Assembly (NCBI RefSeq): GCF_006345805.1 | Contig: NW_021836132.1 | Coordinates: 1-64,000, forward strand | From: Octopus sinensis | Taxonomy: Eukaryota | Reading direction: 5' to 3' | DNA: 64,000 nucleotides | Part shown: piece by piece, positions 51,960-63,173 of the stretch | Layout: the number at the start of each line of letters is the position of its first letter | Numbering within the stretch: position 1 is the stretch's first letter | Made by a program: the position numbers and the translations under genes | The notes under the pieces: generated by a model | Told to the model about the DNA's origin: nothing | Database searches by the model: none | The model's input: only the letters and a program-made list of their open reading frames with translations

Positions 51960-52140
51960 TCTAAAAGCCAACCCTAACACTAACCAAACCCTAACACTAA
52001 ACATAATTAAGTTAATTCTAAAAGCCAACTCAAACACTAACCAAACCCTAACGCTAAACATAATTAAGCCTAATTCTAAAAGCCAACCCTAACCCTAACC
52101 AAACCTTAACGCTTTACGTACCCAACCCTAACCCTAATTG
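51960..52140 (+). repeat. Three-unit minisatellite (about 58 bp) with CCCTAA-like hexamers
   Basis: CTAAAAGCCAACCCTAACACTAACCAAACCCTAAC.. repeated three times. Confidence 0.8.
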
Positions 52141-52389
52141 TAACCAATCCAATTAATTTCAAACTTTTACTAAATCCTAATTTTTAAAACCAACTCTAGC
52201 TTGACAGAAACCCCTATTAAGCTCTAACTTTACCAAGCTTTATTTTTAAAAATCAACCAGATTTTGAACTTTATATTCGTAACAAAAAATTTCTAAAATA
52301 AAGTCAACTAAGCTTTTTCAATCTTGAAATATGTACGTCAGTTACAATGTTCCCTTTATCGTCTTCTAGAACATACGAATCTCCACTAA

Positions 52390-52800
52390 CGGTTCTGACA
52401 TAATGGAGTGTAGTGGAGCTCTTGCTCTGCCGAAAACATGTTTTATTGAATACTTTTCGCATAATTCAACCATAGCGGTATTCTTAAATTCCTTACCATT
52501 GTCCGTGTGCAAAATGACCGGAGGCCCTAATAGAACACTTATTGGAATAGACTTACCTCATATTCATCGACCGCAAAAAAACGACGTTCAGTATCTTCAT
52601 GTAAGATGTAAGTTTTTCCGTCTTTAAAGCGGAATAGATTCGAAATTTTTCTTAGTCTGTATCTTTTTTTCTTGTTGACATCTTTAAAAGATGTTGGATC
52701 GCGATCAGAATTAATATAATCCTTAATTTGTTCTATTTCTTGCAAAAAAAGGCGTGGTATATTGAATGGACGGTGACATGATATGTAGTGGAGATACATT
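52390..52800 (-). mobile_element. Ginger-like integrase remnant
   Basis: IEQIKDYI..RYRLRKISNLF N-terminus and GPPVILHTDNGKEFKN..HVFGRAR core. Confidence 0.75.
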
Positions 52801-54714
52801 TTATCTTCCAGAATACAACTTTTTCTAGAACCTTCAACATGAAACAGAGTAGGACGATTGGCCTGTAAAAGCCTGGTTTTTTGTGCTTTTTGTACATTAA
52901 ATAAATTATTAAATTTAGTTTGGTGTTAATTTTTTTGACAAAATCTCAGTTTTTAGATAACAGTCAAATTAAAAAATATTCGGATATAACATAAATATTT
53001 TACCAAGAAATTTAAAATTCCTGCATTTTTGAATTTGACAGACTTTATTAAAAGATATTTATCGACTGTTTCTTAAAGAAGATTTTAGTTTGAACTTATA
53101 AAATTTAATTGTTAATAAAAGGTTTTGATAGTTTTAAACTGATGTTTATATATGTTTCAGTATAAAAAATCAAATGATTTATTTCGAAATTATGTCAAGA
53201 ATTCTAATTAAATTGCGTTCTTATTGCAATATAAATTGAGTTTCTGCAGTCAGTGGCGAGTCATGTTCGTAATCTCACTTCTCTTTATTCCAAATGTGTT
53301 CAATCAAGAACGCGATAAGTTGAAAAAAATGGAAATGTTTTTTACAAAAAACGCGAACGGAAATACAATGAACCTGAAATTAGATCTGTAAATCTGACTG
53401 TTTAATTCAATTAGAACATTTGATAGCGTGATCAGTATGACGATTAATGGTCTTTTTCCCCCAATCTATCGTGTAAAAACTTAATAAAATTAATTTCAGG
53501 ACAACAAACCTAAGTCAATAATATATATATTTACTAATTTTTTAAGTATAAATGTCGCTGGATTAGTTGCTGGAAGTGAACTTGAAAGTAATTGAGTATT
53601 CTAATACGTTGATAGAATATAATGATAATATATCTTTGCTTAAACCAACAATGCAACAATTTTTAGTTAAACTTGGGATAATCACTACTCTAGCTAATAC
53701 AAAAAGAGAAGCCAAAGTCTTTACAGACCATAAAATAAGAAAACGACAAGTGAGATAAATTTTAAATATAATTTTGAAGGGAACCAAACTAGGCTTTGAG
53801 CAGATAACTAAGTGTAAGATTTCTAAGATGACTAAATTAATTATAGACAAAATATCAGTAGTATTAAAAAACAACAATAAAAAATTGGACATCAATATAA
53901 GATAGTATAAATTTCAACTAAGCTAATGATTAGTGGAACTTCAGATCTGGAATCTGCAGGATATTTAACGTATACTAATATTAACTTTCCAGCTAATATT
54001 GTATTAATTTTATTACCTATTTAAGGATTATATATCCAGGGAAAGCATTTATTATTTGTTACTATCATTTGGAGTTGATGAAAATGTATTAGAGCCTATA
54101 AATCTTAAAAAAAAGTTTGTATGATTTTGAACTCTTATAGACGCGACGACAAAAAACAATTGTCCATGTGTTTTGAAGACTGGTACCTTCATATGGCGAA
54201 AAATTTTTTCCTAACTGATGAAAGTAACGTAAAACAGACTATTAAGGATATAAAAATTGGACTTGAAAATTGCATATCACAAAATCCGGCCATTTTACCG
54301 ACTGCACCAACAAATACAACAAAGAAACCCGCAAAACAAGCTAGTAATAGAATGTTTGGCTTTATAATCGGACTTACTGGGAGTTATATAATTCAGGCAC
54401 TTTTATAGTTAAAATAGCTAATAAGACTTTTAACCTTTCATTCGATTACTAATAAAGATAACTTTAATTTTAAATGTTAAAAAATGTTTTAATACTTAAT
54501 CTTAAAGCCCCAGAGAATATCTGACTAGCCTCAGATTGTAATAGGGAAGTCAATGAATACGTTTTACTGACATTTATGGAGAGAACTCAGCACAGTAAAT
54601 AGGTTAGTAGGGTAAGAATTTATTAATTATTTAAAAAATTTATTCCCTAAATATTTTCATAATTAAATAGAATTAATTGGACAAATCCTCCTCAATATCT
54701 AGCCTAAAATCATC

Positions 54715-54930
54715 TGGGGTCCCCGGTTATCGTGGTTTAACAGGAGGCGAATCGATAAGGTTCAACAAAGTGCCCACAGATTAACCGATCGTTGATTACA
54801 CGATAATGAACGCCCCGATCCAGCTCCTCTGGAAGACCTTATCAAGCTGAACTTCTGTTCGTCTGCCAATGCCCCGTCAAAAACAGCCTGTCGCCCGGTT
54901 GGATCTTGTGTGGCCTCGTGGAAAGATCAC
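54715..54930 (+). mobile_element. 3' fragment of the same LINE family as 4090-5330
   Basis: GGGGTCCCCGGTTATCGTGG..CCCACAGATTAACCGA..GAAAGATCAC matches 5110-5290. Confidence 0.75.
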
Positions 54931-55402
54931 CAGGATTGCAAGAGGCGCGACCAGTAATAAAATGAGCACAACTAAACAGAATTCTATTCAATTATTCCCG
55001 AAAAACAAACGTAAATATTCGAGATGAACACCTATTTTTGATATAGAATAAAAATAATTTGCAAATATTGGATAACTTTTTATTTAAAACATAAATTTAA
55101 TCAAGGAAATAATTACTATTTACGGTTTTCGCTTGATTAATTTTTCATTTTCGCTTCGATTTTCTTTCACATGCCTGTTCACTACCAATCCTACTTCCCT
55201 CTGAATAATCTGCAACTTGGTTAACAAAGGAAAGAAGAGCTGATATTGTTCATTCCGTTCAGATTTCTTTCATCTCTCTTATGTTTCCCTGGCTCGCCGC
55301 ATTTCGGAACTTCTTCCATCAAATTTAAAAACCCTCGGCGTCTTTACCAAATGTTTTAAAAATCTTATATTGATATAACTAAATTTTTTTCCTATTTGAT
55401 AA
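54929..55402 (+). repeat. About 475-bp dispersed repeat, copy 2
   Basis: Highly similar to 51386-51858. Confidence 0.9.
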
Positions 55403-55949
55403 GCGTTCCCTGGCTGCACAAGCAATTTACAATTAATGTTTCCAATAATGGTATAAATATAGCATTTTGCGCAGTTTGTCTTTCTCATTTTTGTCTATTT
55501 AATAATCGCCGAAGGGGAAAAAAACAGAAGATGGACTAATGAAATTTTTAGGAGTTTTTATTGTATTTATATTAATTTCTAACATTTAGAATACGACCCA
55601 TTACGTATTAGATAAAGTCCTCAAAGCAAAGTCAAGTTGAGATTTTATTTATTAATTTTAGTAACTTTTCCATTACCCATATAATTTACTGTTTTAAAAT
55701 TATCCATTAATAATTTAATTAAATTGTATCTAACTAACAGATAATACACGAAAATATTAACTGAATTATGACCTGAATTCATCATTAAGCAGGTCTAGGA
55801 ATGTAGTTTTCCTTGAATTTTATAACGCACAGCGAAACGTTGATTCCTCTCTAAAAACTTAACAAGCTGCGAGGTCCTCTTAGCAACATTTGTCATATTC
55901 CCGAACACAATAAGATAAATCTTTTTGTCCGTAGCACTTGACAGCATTA

Positions 55950-56180
55950 AAGATTCTTTCAATGCGAAGCCGAAACAATTCCAAGTTATCTTCAACTTGA
56001 AATAATTGAACTCCAATCAGATAATATTCTAAAAGATAAATATGAAAAACAGAATATTATTCAATTTTATAAATATTTAAATTCTGATCAGTTTCCAATT
56101 TTGAAACGATACGCATGCGGATTTATAACTACTTTTGGTACAACATACCTTTGTGAACAAACATTTTCAAGAATGAAATA
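55950..56180 (+). mobile_element. hAT transposase 3' part, left half (split by the 56181-63173 insertion)
   Basis: YLQLEIIELQSDNILK..FPILKRYA..FGTTYLCEQTFSRMK; continues at 63179. Confidence 0.88.
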
Positions 56181-56579
56181 TGTCACATGGGCGACTATGT
56201 CGCTATGGGCAGCCAGTCCTTTTACGTGTTTCTATGGAAACCGCAGAAAAGGTATTAAATATTGAATATAGCAATTTATATATGGAAGAGTGTAGATTAA
56301 TCAATTATTCTAATTTAAAATTACATTTGAATTATCTTTTAAAAATGGCTTACCCAAAAGTATATTAATTTTAACAGCGTGGTTACTCACACTTTGTGAT
56401 GTCTGGGTTTAAGGGTTACGTCAGAAATATTAACGAATACAATCAAATTAAGGAAGCGTTAATCGGGATATTCCCGGAGGATATGAATGCTCGAAGCAAA
56501 CACCGGTTGGCCAAAAAGGCTTTTAATTTTTGTCAAAAATGTCTGAAGAATCGTCAGCAGAAACATCATTTAATTTCGA

Positions 56580-57662
56580 GTTAGGGTTACTTTAGGGTTT
56601 GGGTTAAGGTTAGGGTTAGATTTTGAATATTTATGTTGTCACTTGCCAACGTTAGGGTTTGGGTTAGATTTTGAATATTTATGTTGTCACTTGCCAACGT
56701 TAGGGTTAAGGTTAGGGTTAGATTTTGAATATTTATGTTGTCACTTGCCAACGTTAGGGTTTGGGTTAGATTTTGAATATTTATGTTGTCACTTGCCAAC
56801 GTTAGGGTTTGGGTTAAGGTTAGGGTTAGATTTTGAATATTTATGTTGCCAACGTTAGGGTTAGGGTTAGATTTTGAATATTTATGTTGTCACTTGCCAA
56901 CGTTAGGGTTAAGGTTAGGGTTAGATTTTGAATATTTATGTTGTCACTTGCCAACGTTAGGGTTTGGGTTAGATTTTGAATATATTTATGTTGTCACTTG
57001 CCAACGTTAGGGTTTGGGTTAAGGTTAGGGTTAGATTTTGAATATTTATGTTGCCAACGTTAGGGTTTGGGTTAGATTTTGAATATATTTATGTTGTCAC
57101 TTGCCAACGTTAGGGTTTGGGTTAAGGTTAGGGTTAGATTTTGAATATTTATGTTGCCAACGTTAGGGTTTGGGTTAGATTTTGAATATTTATGTTGTCA
57201 CTTGCCAACGTTAGGGTTAAGGTTAGGGTTAGATTTTGAATATTTATGTTGTCACTTGCCAACGTTAGGGTTTGGGTTAGATTTTGAATATTTATGTTGT
57301 CACTTGCCAACGTTAGGGTTTGGGTTAAGGTTAGGGTTAGATTTTGAATATTTATGTTGCCAACGTTAGGGTTAGGGTTAGATTTTGAATATTTATGTTG
57401 TCACTTGCCAACGTTAGGGTTTGGGTTAAGGTTAGGGTTAGATTTTGAATATTTATGTTGTCACTTGCCAACGTTAGGGTTAGGGTTAGATTTTGAATAT
57501 ATTTATGTTGTCACTTGCCAACGTTAGGGTTTGGGTTAAGGTTAGGGTTAGATTTTGAATATTTATGTTGTCACTTGCCAACGTTAGGGTTAGGGTTAGA
57601 TTTTGAATATATTTATGTTGTCACTTGCCAACGTTAGGGTTTGGGTTAAGGTTAGAGTTAAA
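56580..57662 (+). repeat. Satellite of telomeric hexamer blocks alternating with a constant AT-rich spacer
   Basis: 21 blocks of TTAGGG/TTTGGG/TTAAGG separated by 20 copies of AGATTTTGAATATTTATGTTGTCACTTGCCAACG or its minor variants. Confidence 0.95.
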
Positions 57663-57870
57663 GTTGTTACAAACTTTGCAAAAAATTTGATGTAAATTAT
57701 AATTTGCTAATGTTGCAATTTATATTATCAAAAATAAAAATAATTCACATTATAATTTGCTAATGTTGTAAATAATTTTACTATTTTAAAGCAAGCATGG
57801 TTCAAATATAAAACATCATTTTCTCAAAAATTTAAAGTTCAATCATTAGTTCGGATCGCTTGCCTTTATC

Positions 57871-59666
57871 TATCTGGAAACATATTCTACAAAAATCGTC
57901 TCAAACAATAGGAAAACTCACATGCCAAACATGAATGTTGAAATCCTACTAAGGAAAAAACAATGTCTAAGGAACAAACTCCGGCGCTGCGCAGATTTTC
58001 GTGACCGGTCCGTTTTGGAAAGTGAAATCTTCACCATTACGGAAGAAATAAGAAAATCGGCGAAGGTGGCGAAGGATAAAAAATGGAATACTGAGTGCAA
58101 AAAGCTACATAAAGGAAGTCCAAATTTTTGGAAGGTCTACTCGAAATTAACCTCGACGTCTGAGAAAACTATACCTAAACTGCTAAAACAAGATGGATCC
58201 CCTGCATCTCATGAAGAAATCCCGAACATATTTGCTGATAGTCTCAAAAGAATACAAGAAGTCAATCCGGATACAAATCTATCTGATTCAGCTTTGTTTG
58301 ATATGGAAAAAGAGTTGGAAGACAATCTTAGCTCATTACCAATGTGCTCGGAATCTATAACGTGCAAAGACGTGGAAAATGCAGTTAGATACTCCAAAAA
58401 TAACGCTCCGGGAAAGGACAAGATAACCATGCGCATGTTCAAAGAAGCTCCCAAGCAACTTTACGAATATTTGGGATGTCTCTTCTCCCGCAGTGTGAGC
58501 TTGGGATACGTCCCTTCTTCATGGAAACTGACGGAGGTAAGGATGATACGGAAGCCTGGAAAACCTGGTTACTTGGCGACAAGTTATAGGCCTATAAGCC
58601 TAATTCCTACCATCAGTCGAATAATGGAAAGGGTAATGTTTGAACGACTCTCTGAACACGTCGAGAGAAATGGTTATCTCAAAGACGTGCAGTGGGGCTT
58701 TCGGAGGGGTCGTTCCTGTGCTGACTGTCTTTATACACTCAATTCGTCGATTGTAAAGGCTCTGGATTTCAAAGAGTGTCTGACAATTGTGTCTCTAGAC
58801 ATCTCAAAAGCCTTTGATATGGTTTGGCACCTCGGTCTCCTTAGACATCTGGCGAAGTGTCACATAGACAAAGGACTATTCCTATGGCTAAAAGACTTCC
58901 TCCGCGACAGGCGCTCTGTGATAAGCTTTCTGAACTATGACTCGGATGAACTGAAACTTAAAAGAGGCGTCCCTCAAGGATCAGTCCTCAGTCCTCTATT
59001 ATTCAACATTGTGATGAGCAATCTGCCGTCTCCTGTCAACACACGGACGGAAATTTTGATATACGCCGATGATGTTGTAATCCTTGACATTTCATCGAAA
59101 CCTGCCTTATCCGAACAAAGGATTATATCATATATGAATACAGTGGAGCAATGGTGCGATGAAAATATGTTCATTATTGCGCGTGAGAAGTCCGCATTAC
59201 TGAGAATCACAGAAAGCAGAAATTTAATAAATTTACCGTGCCTGATCAAGAACATACCTCGACAAAACTCAATTAAATATCTTGGCTTGTTCATCGATGA
59301 AAAGGGAAACTATCTCGAAAACGCAAAATTAAGTAAAAGGAAAGCAACTAATGCTCTGTTCTGCCTGAGGAAGTTAAATTTGGAGCCTGATACTTTCCTC
59401 TACGTTTTCAATACGGTGATCCTACCGGGACTACTATACGGAAAAGAGGGATGGTACTTCTCTAAAAAGAAGGACACCATCTTAACTAAATTTGAAAAGT
59501 CTCGCAGGCTCGCTTTGAAGCTTGCTTACCACCAAAAAGTTGAAGATCCAATCCCCCTGTGGCTTGAAAGTAAATCCTCCATGGTCGGTGAAACTGTCGA
59601 AAAAGCTATAAGTGGTTATAAATCCAACTCAATTGTCACTGGGACGTACCTGCAGAGGTAGAAAAG

Positions 59667-59706
<40 letters not shown>

Positions 59707-59830
59707 ACTTGAGGGGGTCTCTTTTTTTTCTGGGAAGAAGTCGATAGGGTAGTCCTATTGTTTCATTATACAAACTCCCCCCTAACCTTTAACCCTTCTC
59801 TGTTTCCAATAAAACTTCCTTCCTTCCTTC
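57871..59830 (+). mobile_element. LINE copy B (5'-truncated within ORF2)
   Basis: Appears identical to 61123-63069 apart from homopolymer lengths and one base; flanked by CTTGCCTTTAT at 57859-57869 and 59831-59841. Confidence 0.93.
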
Positions 59831-59842
59831 CTTGCCTTTATA

Positions 59843-60286
59843 TGCCCGATTAAAGGAAAAACTGAGAAAAAATGTATAAACTGCGGTCTGAGTGGGCATT
59901 TGGCTTGCTACGGTGGCTGCTCTTCAGCTAAGGCAGCCACTGAACAACTAAAAAAGCAGCTCAGTGCCAGGGACAGACTGGCCAAAGCAGAACACTCAAA
60001 AACTGTATGGTCAAAAGCGGAGGCCGTTGAATCTGTATGGCGAAAACCCACAATTTCCCGCTGTTTTGACTCCTCAACGCAAACAGATGTTAGTGAAGAC
60101 GCAACTTTGCCTCCCAATACACAACACACAGAGCCTCCAACCCGCTTTAAGAGGAAAGCACCAACTATCGACGTTGAGCTTACCTCTATGATTCGCAAAA
60201 TAATCGCTATATGCGGTGAAAAAGGCCTCGATATCAACAATCTGTTGTCCCTTTCTCTTGGAAGGGAAAGGATTGATCAGGCGTGA
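59843..60286 (+). CDS. LINE ORF1 C-terminal part (gag-like zinc knuckle)
   Basis: CPIKGKTEKKCINCGLSGHLACYGGC knuckle; frame open to TGA at 60284-60286. Confidence 0.8.
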   Translation, partial: CPIKGKTEKKCINCGLSGHLACYGGCSSAKAATEQLKKQLSARDRLAKAEHSKTVWSKAEAVESVWRKPTISRCFDSSTQTDVSEDATLPPNTQHTEPPTRFKRKAPTIDVELTSMIRKIIAICGEKGLDINNLLSLSLGRERIDQA

Positions 60287-63069
60287 GCCCCTTTCTGTCT
60301 ATTATCGCTGTGAACGCACGTTCTCTAAAGAGAAGGCGTTCAGAGATTGAGGATATGTTATCCCATAACCCCGTGGACCTTTTGATCGTAAACGAAACAA
60401 AAATCAAAAAACATGATGATTACTACTTGGATGGCTATCGTTCCCTTGATATTAAGTGGAAGCCGGGCTCGATCGCTGGAACAGGCACTTCTATCTACTA
60501 CAAATCAACTCTAAGGGTGAAAAATCTAAAAATTGTGTCCGAGGAATTGTGTGAATTCCTCACAATCGACGTCCTTCTGGAAAAAGGGTGGGTAACAATC
60601 GGAGGGATGTACTCAAAATCCCTTTCCAATTATTCATCGCTTATCAAGGACTTTTTTGCCGATAAACACAATCATTTGTCAATACTCCTCGGGGATCTAA
60701 ATGCCAAATGCACATCTTTTGGCTGTCTGAGAACCAACAGGGATGGCATCATTCTTAAGAAGCTTTCAGAATCTCTCAGTTTCTCGGTCATCACATCAAA
60801 AACCCCAAATCATTACTCACCAGGAGGGTGGGACTATTTGGGCGTAGCATTGGTCTCTATGTCTACTCTTCAATTTATGGAACAACCGTACACCTTAAAT
60901 GATATTGGAAGTGACCATCTACCAATTTTATACAAACTCAACCTTGGACCTTTAAAGGGTAAACCAACTTTTATACGATATAACCTCTCGACTATAAACT
61001 GGGAACACTACCGAAAATGTTTTACACTTTATCTGAGCAATTTCGCTCCTAAACTTGACGAAAATTCTTCATCTGAGGACCTCGAGAAGTCTAGCAATTC
61101 CCTTATTGGATACATAAAGTCTTATCTGGAAACATATTCTACAAAAATCGTCTCAAACAATAGGAAAACTCACATGCCAAACATGAATGTTGAAATCCTA
61201 CTAAGGAAAAAACAATGTCTAAGGAACAAACTCCGGCGCTGCGCAGATTTTCGTGACCGGTCCGTTTTGGAAAGTGAAATCTTCACCATTACGGAAGAAA
61301 TAAGAAAATCGGCGAAGGTGGCGAAGGATAAAAAATGGAATACTGAGTGCAAAAAGCTACATAAAGGAAGTCCAAATTTTTGGAAGGTCTACTCGAAATT
61401 AACCTCGACGTCTGAGAAAACTATACCTAAACTGCTAAAACAAGATGGATCCCCTGCATCTCATGAAGAAATCCCGAACATATTTGCTGATAGTCTCAAA
61501 AGAATACAAGAAGTCAATCCGGATACAAATCTATCTGATTCAGCTTTGTTTGATATGGAAAAAGAGTTGGAAGACAATCTTAGCTCATTACCAATGTGCT
61601 CGGAATCTATAACGTGCAAAGACGTGGAAAATGCAGTTAGATACTCCAAAAATAACGCTCCGGGAAAGGACAAGATAACCATGCGCATGTTCAAAGAAGC
61701 TCCCAAGCAACTTTACGAATATTTGGGATGTCTCTTCTCCCGCAGTGTGAGCTTGGGATACGTCCCTTCTTCATGGAAACTGACGGAGGTAAGGATGATA
61801 CGGAAGCCTGGAAAACCTGGTTACTTGGCGACAAGTTATAGGCCTATAAGCCTAATTCCTACCATCAGTCGAATAATGGAAAGGGTAATGTTTGAACGAC
61901 TCTCTGAACACGTCGAGAGAAATGGTTATCTCAAAGACGTGCAGTGGGGCTTTCGGAGGGGTCGTTCCTGTGCTGACTGTCTTTATACACTCAATTCGTC
62001 GATTGTAAAGGCTCTGGATTTCAAAGAGTGTCTGACAATTGTGTCTCTAGACATCTCAAAAGCCTTTGATATGGTTTGGCACCTCGGTCTCCTTAGACAT
62101 CTGGCGAAGTGTCACATAGACAAAGGACTATTCCTATGGCTAAAAGACTTCCTCCGCGACAGGCGCTCTGTGATAAGCTTTCTGAACTATGACTCGGATG
62201 AACTGAAACTTAAAAGAGGCGTCCCTCAAGGATCAGTCCTCAGTCCTCTATTATTCAACATTGTGATGAGCAATCTGCCGTCTCCTGTCAACACACGGAC
62301 GGAAATTTTGATATACGCCGATGATGTTGTAATCCTTGACATTTCATCGAAACCTGCCTTATCCGAACAAAGGATTATATCATATATGAATACAGTGGAG
62401 CAATGGTGCGATGAAAATATGTTCATTATTGCGCGTGAGAAGTCCGCATTACTGAGAATCACAGAAAGCAGAAATTTAATAAATTTACCGTGCCTGATCA
62501 AGAACATACCTCGACAAAACTCAATTAAATATCTTGGCTTGTTCATCGATGAAAAGGGAAACTATCTCGAAAACGCAAAATTAAGTAAAAGGAAAGCAAC
62601 TAATGCTCTGTTCTGCCTGAGGAAGTTAAATTTGGAGCCTGATACTTTCCTCTACGTTTTCAATACGGTGATCCTACCGGGACTACTATACGGAAAAGAG
62701 GGATGGTACTTCTCTAAAAAGAAGGACACCATCTTAACTAAATTTGAAAAGTCTCGCAGGCTCGCTTTGAAGCTTGCTTACCACCAAAAAGTTGAAGATC
62801 CAATCCCCCTGTGGCTTGAAAGTAAATCCTCCATGGTCGGTGAAACTGTCGAAAAAGCTATAAGTGGTTATAAATCCAACTCAATTGTCACTGGGACGTA
62901 CCTGCAGAGGTAGAAAAGAAAAAAAAAAAAAAAAAAAAAAATTTACTTGGGGGGGTCTCTTTTTTTTTCTGGGAAGAAGTCGATAGGGTAGTCCTATTGT
63001 TTCATTATACAAACTCCCCCCTAACCTTTAACCCTTCTCTGTTTCCAATAAAACTTCCTTCCTTCCTTC
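59844..63069 (+). mobile_element. LINE copy A (5'-truncated within ORF1), intact ORF2, (TTCC)n tail
   Basis: ORF1 end plus APE-RT ORF2; 3' UTR with an internal A-run, AATAAA and TTCC repeats; flanked by CTTGCCTTTATAT at 59831-59843 and 63070-63082. Confidence 0.95.
60283..62913 (+). CDS. LINE ORF2: APE endonuclease + reverse transcriptase, 876 aa
   Basis: AVNARSL, VNETK, LLGDLNAK and GSDHLPI (APE); SYRPISL, QWGFR, LDISKAFD, GVPQGSVLSPLLF, YADD and KYLG (RT). No stops. Confidence 0.96.
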   Translation: MSPFLSIIAVNARSLKRRRSEIEDMLSHNPVDLLIVNETKIKKHDDYYLDGYRSLDIKWKPGSIAGTGTSIYYKSTLRVKNLKIVSEELCEFLTIDVLLEKGWVTIGGMYSKSLSNYSSLIKDFFADKHNHLSILLGDLNAKCTSFGCLRTNRDGIILKKLSESLSFSVITSKTPNHYSPGGWDYLGVALVSMSTLQFMEQPYTLNDIGSDHLPILYKLNLGPLKGKPTFIRYNLSTINWEHYRKCFTLYLSNFAPKLDENSSSEDLEKSSNSLIGYIKSYLETYSTKIVSNNRKTHMPNMNVEILLRKKQCLRNKLRRCADFRDRSVLESEIFTITEEIRKSAKVAKDKKWNTECKKLHKGSPNFWKVYSKLTSTSEKTIPKLLKQDGSPASHEEIPNIFADSLKRIQEVNPDTNLSDSALFDMEKELEDNLSSLPMCSESITCKDVENAVRYSKNNAPGKDKITMRMFKEAPKQLYEYLGCLFSRSVSLGYVPSSWKLTEVRMIRKPGKPGYLATSYRPISLIPTISRIMERVMFERLSEHVERNGYLKDVQWGFRRGRSCADCLYTLNSSIVKALDFKECLTIVSLDISKAFDMVWHLGLLRHLAKCHIDKGLFLWLKDFLRDRRSVISFLNYDSDELKLKRGVPQGSVLSPLLFNIVMSNLPSPVNTRTEILIYADDVVILDISSKPALSEQRIISYMNTVEQWCDENMFIIAREKSALLRITESRNLINLPCLIKNIPRQNSIKYLGLFIDEKGNYLENAKLSKRKATNALFCLRKLNLEPDTFLYVFNTVILPGLLYGKEGWYFSKKKDTILTKFEKSRRLALKLAYHQKVEDPIPLWLESKSSMVGETVEKAISGYKSNSIVTGTYLQR

Positions 63070-63173
63070 CTTGCCTTTATATTAGTTGGCCTTTTAGTAA
63101 TATTTGCTATGTAGTTGCCATGGAAACACGTAAAGGCCAGGTTGCCCATAGGGGTCTGATCACCCATGTGACA

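Larger units (their letters stand above)
56181..63173 (+). mobile_element. Composite Ginger-like element carrying a telomeric satellite and two LINEs
   Basis: About 60-bp imperfect TIRs (TGTCACATGGG..CTATGGGCA..CCTTTACGTGTTTC); TSD AAATA at 56176-56180 and 63174-63178; integrase N-terminal remnant at 56396-56584. Confidence 0.88.

Noticed and set aside
56580-57662. CRISPR-like alternation of constant and variable segments
   Set aside because: The variable parts are only telomeric hexamer permutations, not unique spacers; there are no cas genes and the context is eukaryotic.
56580-57662. True chromosome end
   Set aside because: The array is internal, interrupted by spacers, and enclosed by a matched TIR pair with TSD.
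57871-59830. LINE copy B as an assembly duplication
   Set aside because: It has its own upstream target copy, a distinct 5' junction and small differences from copy A; still worth read confirmation.
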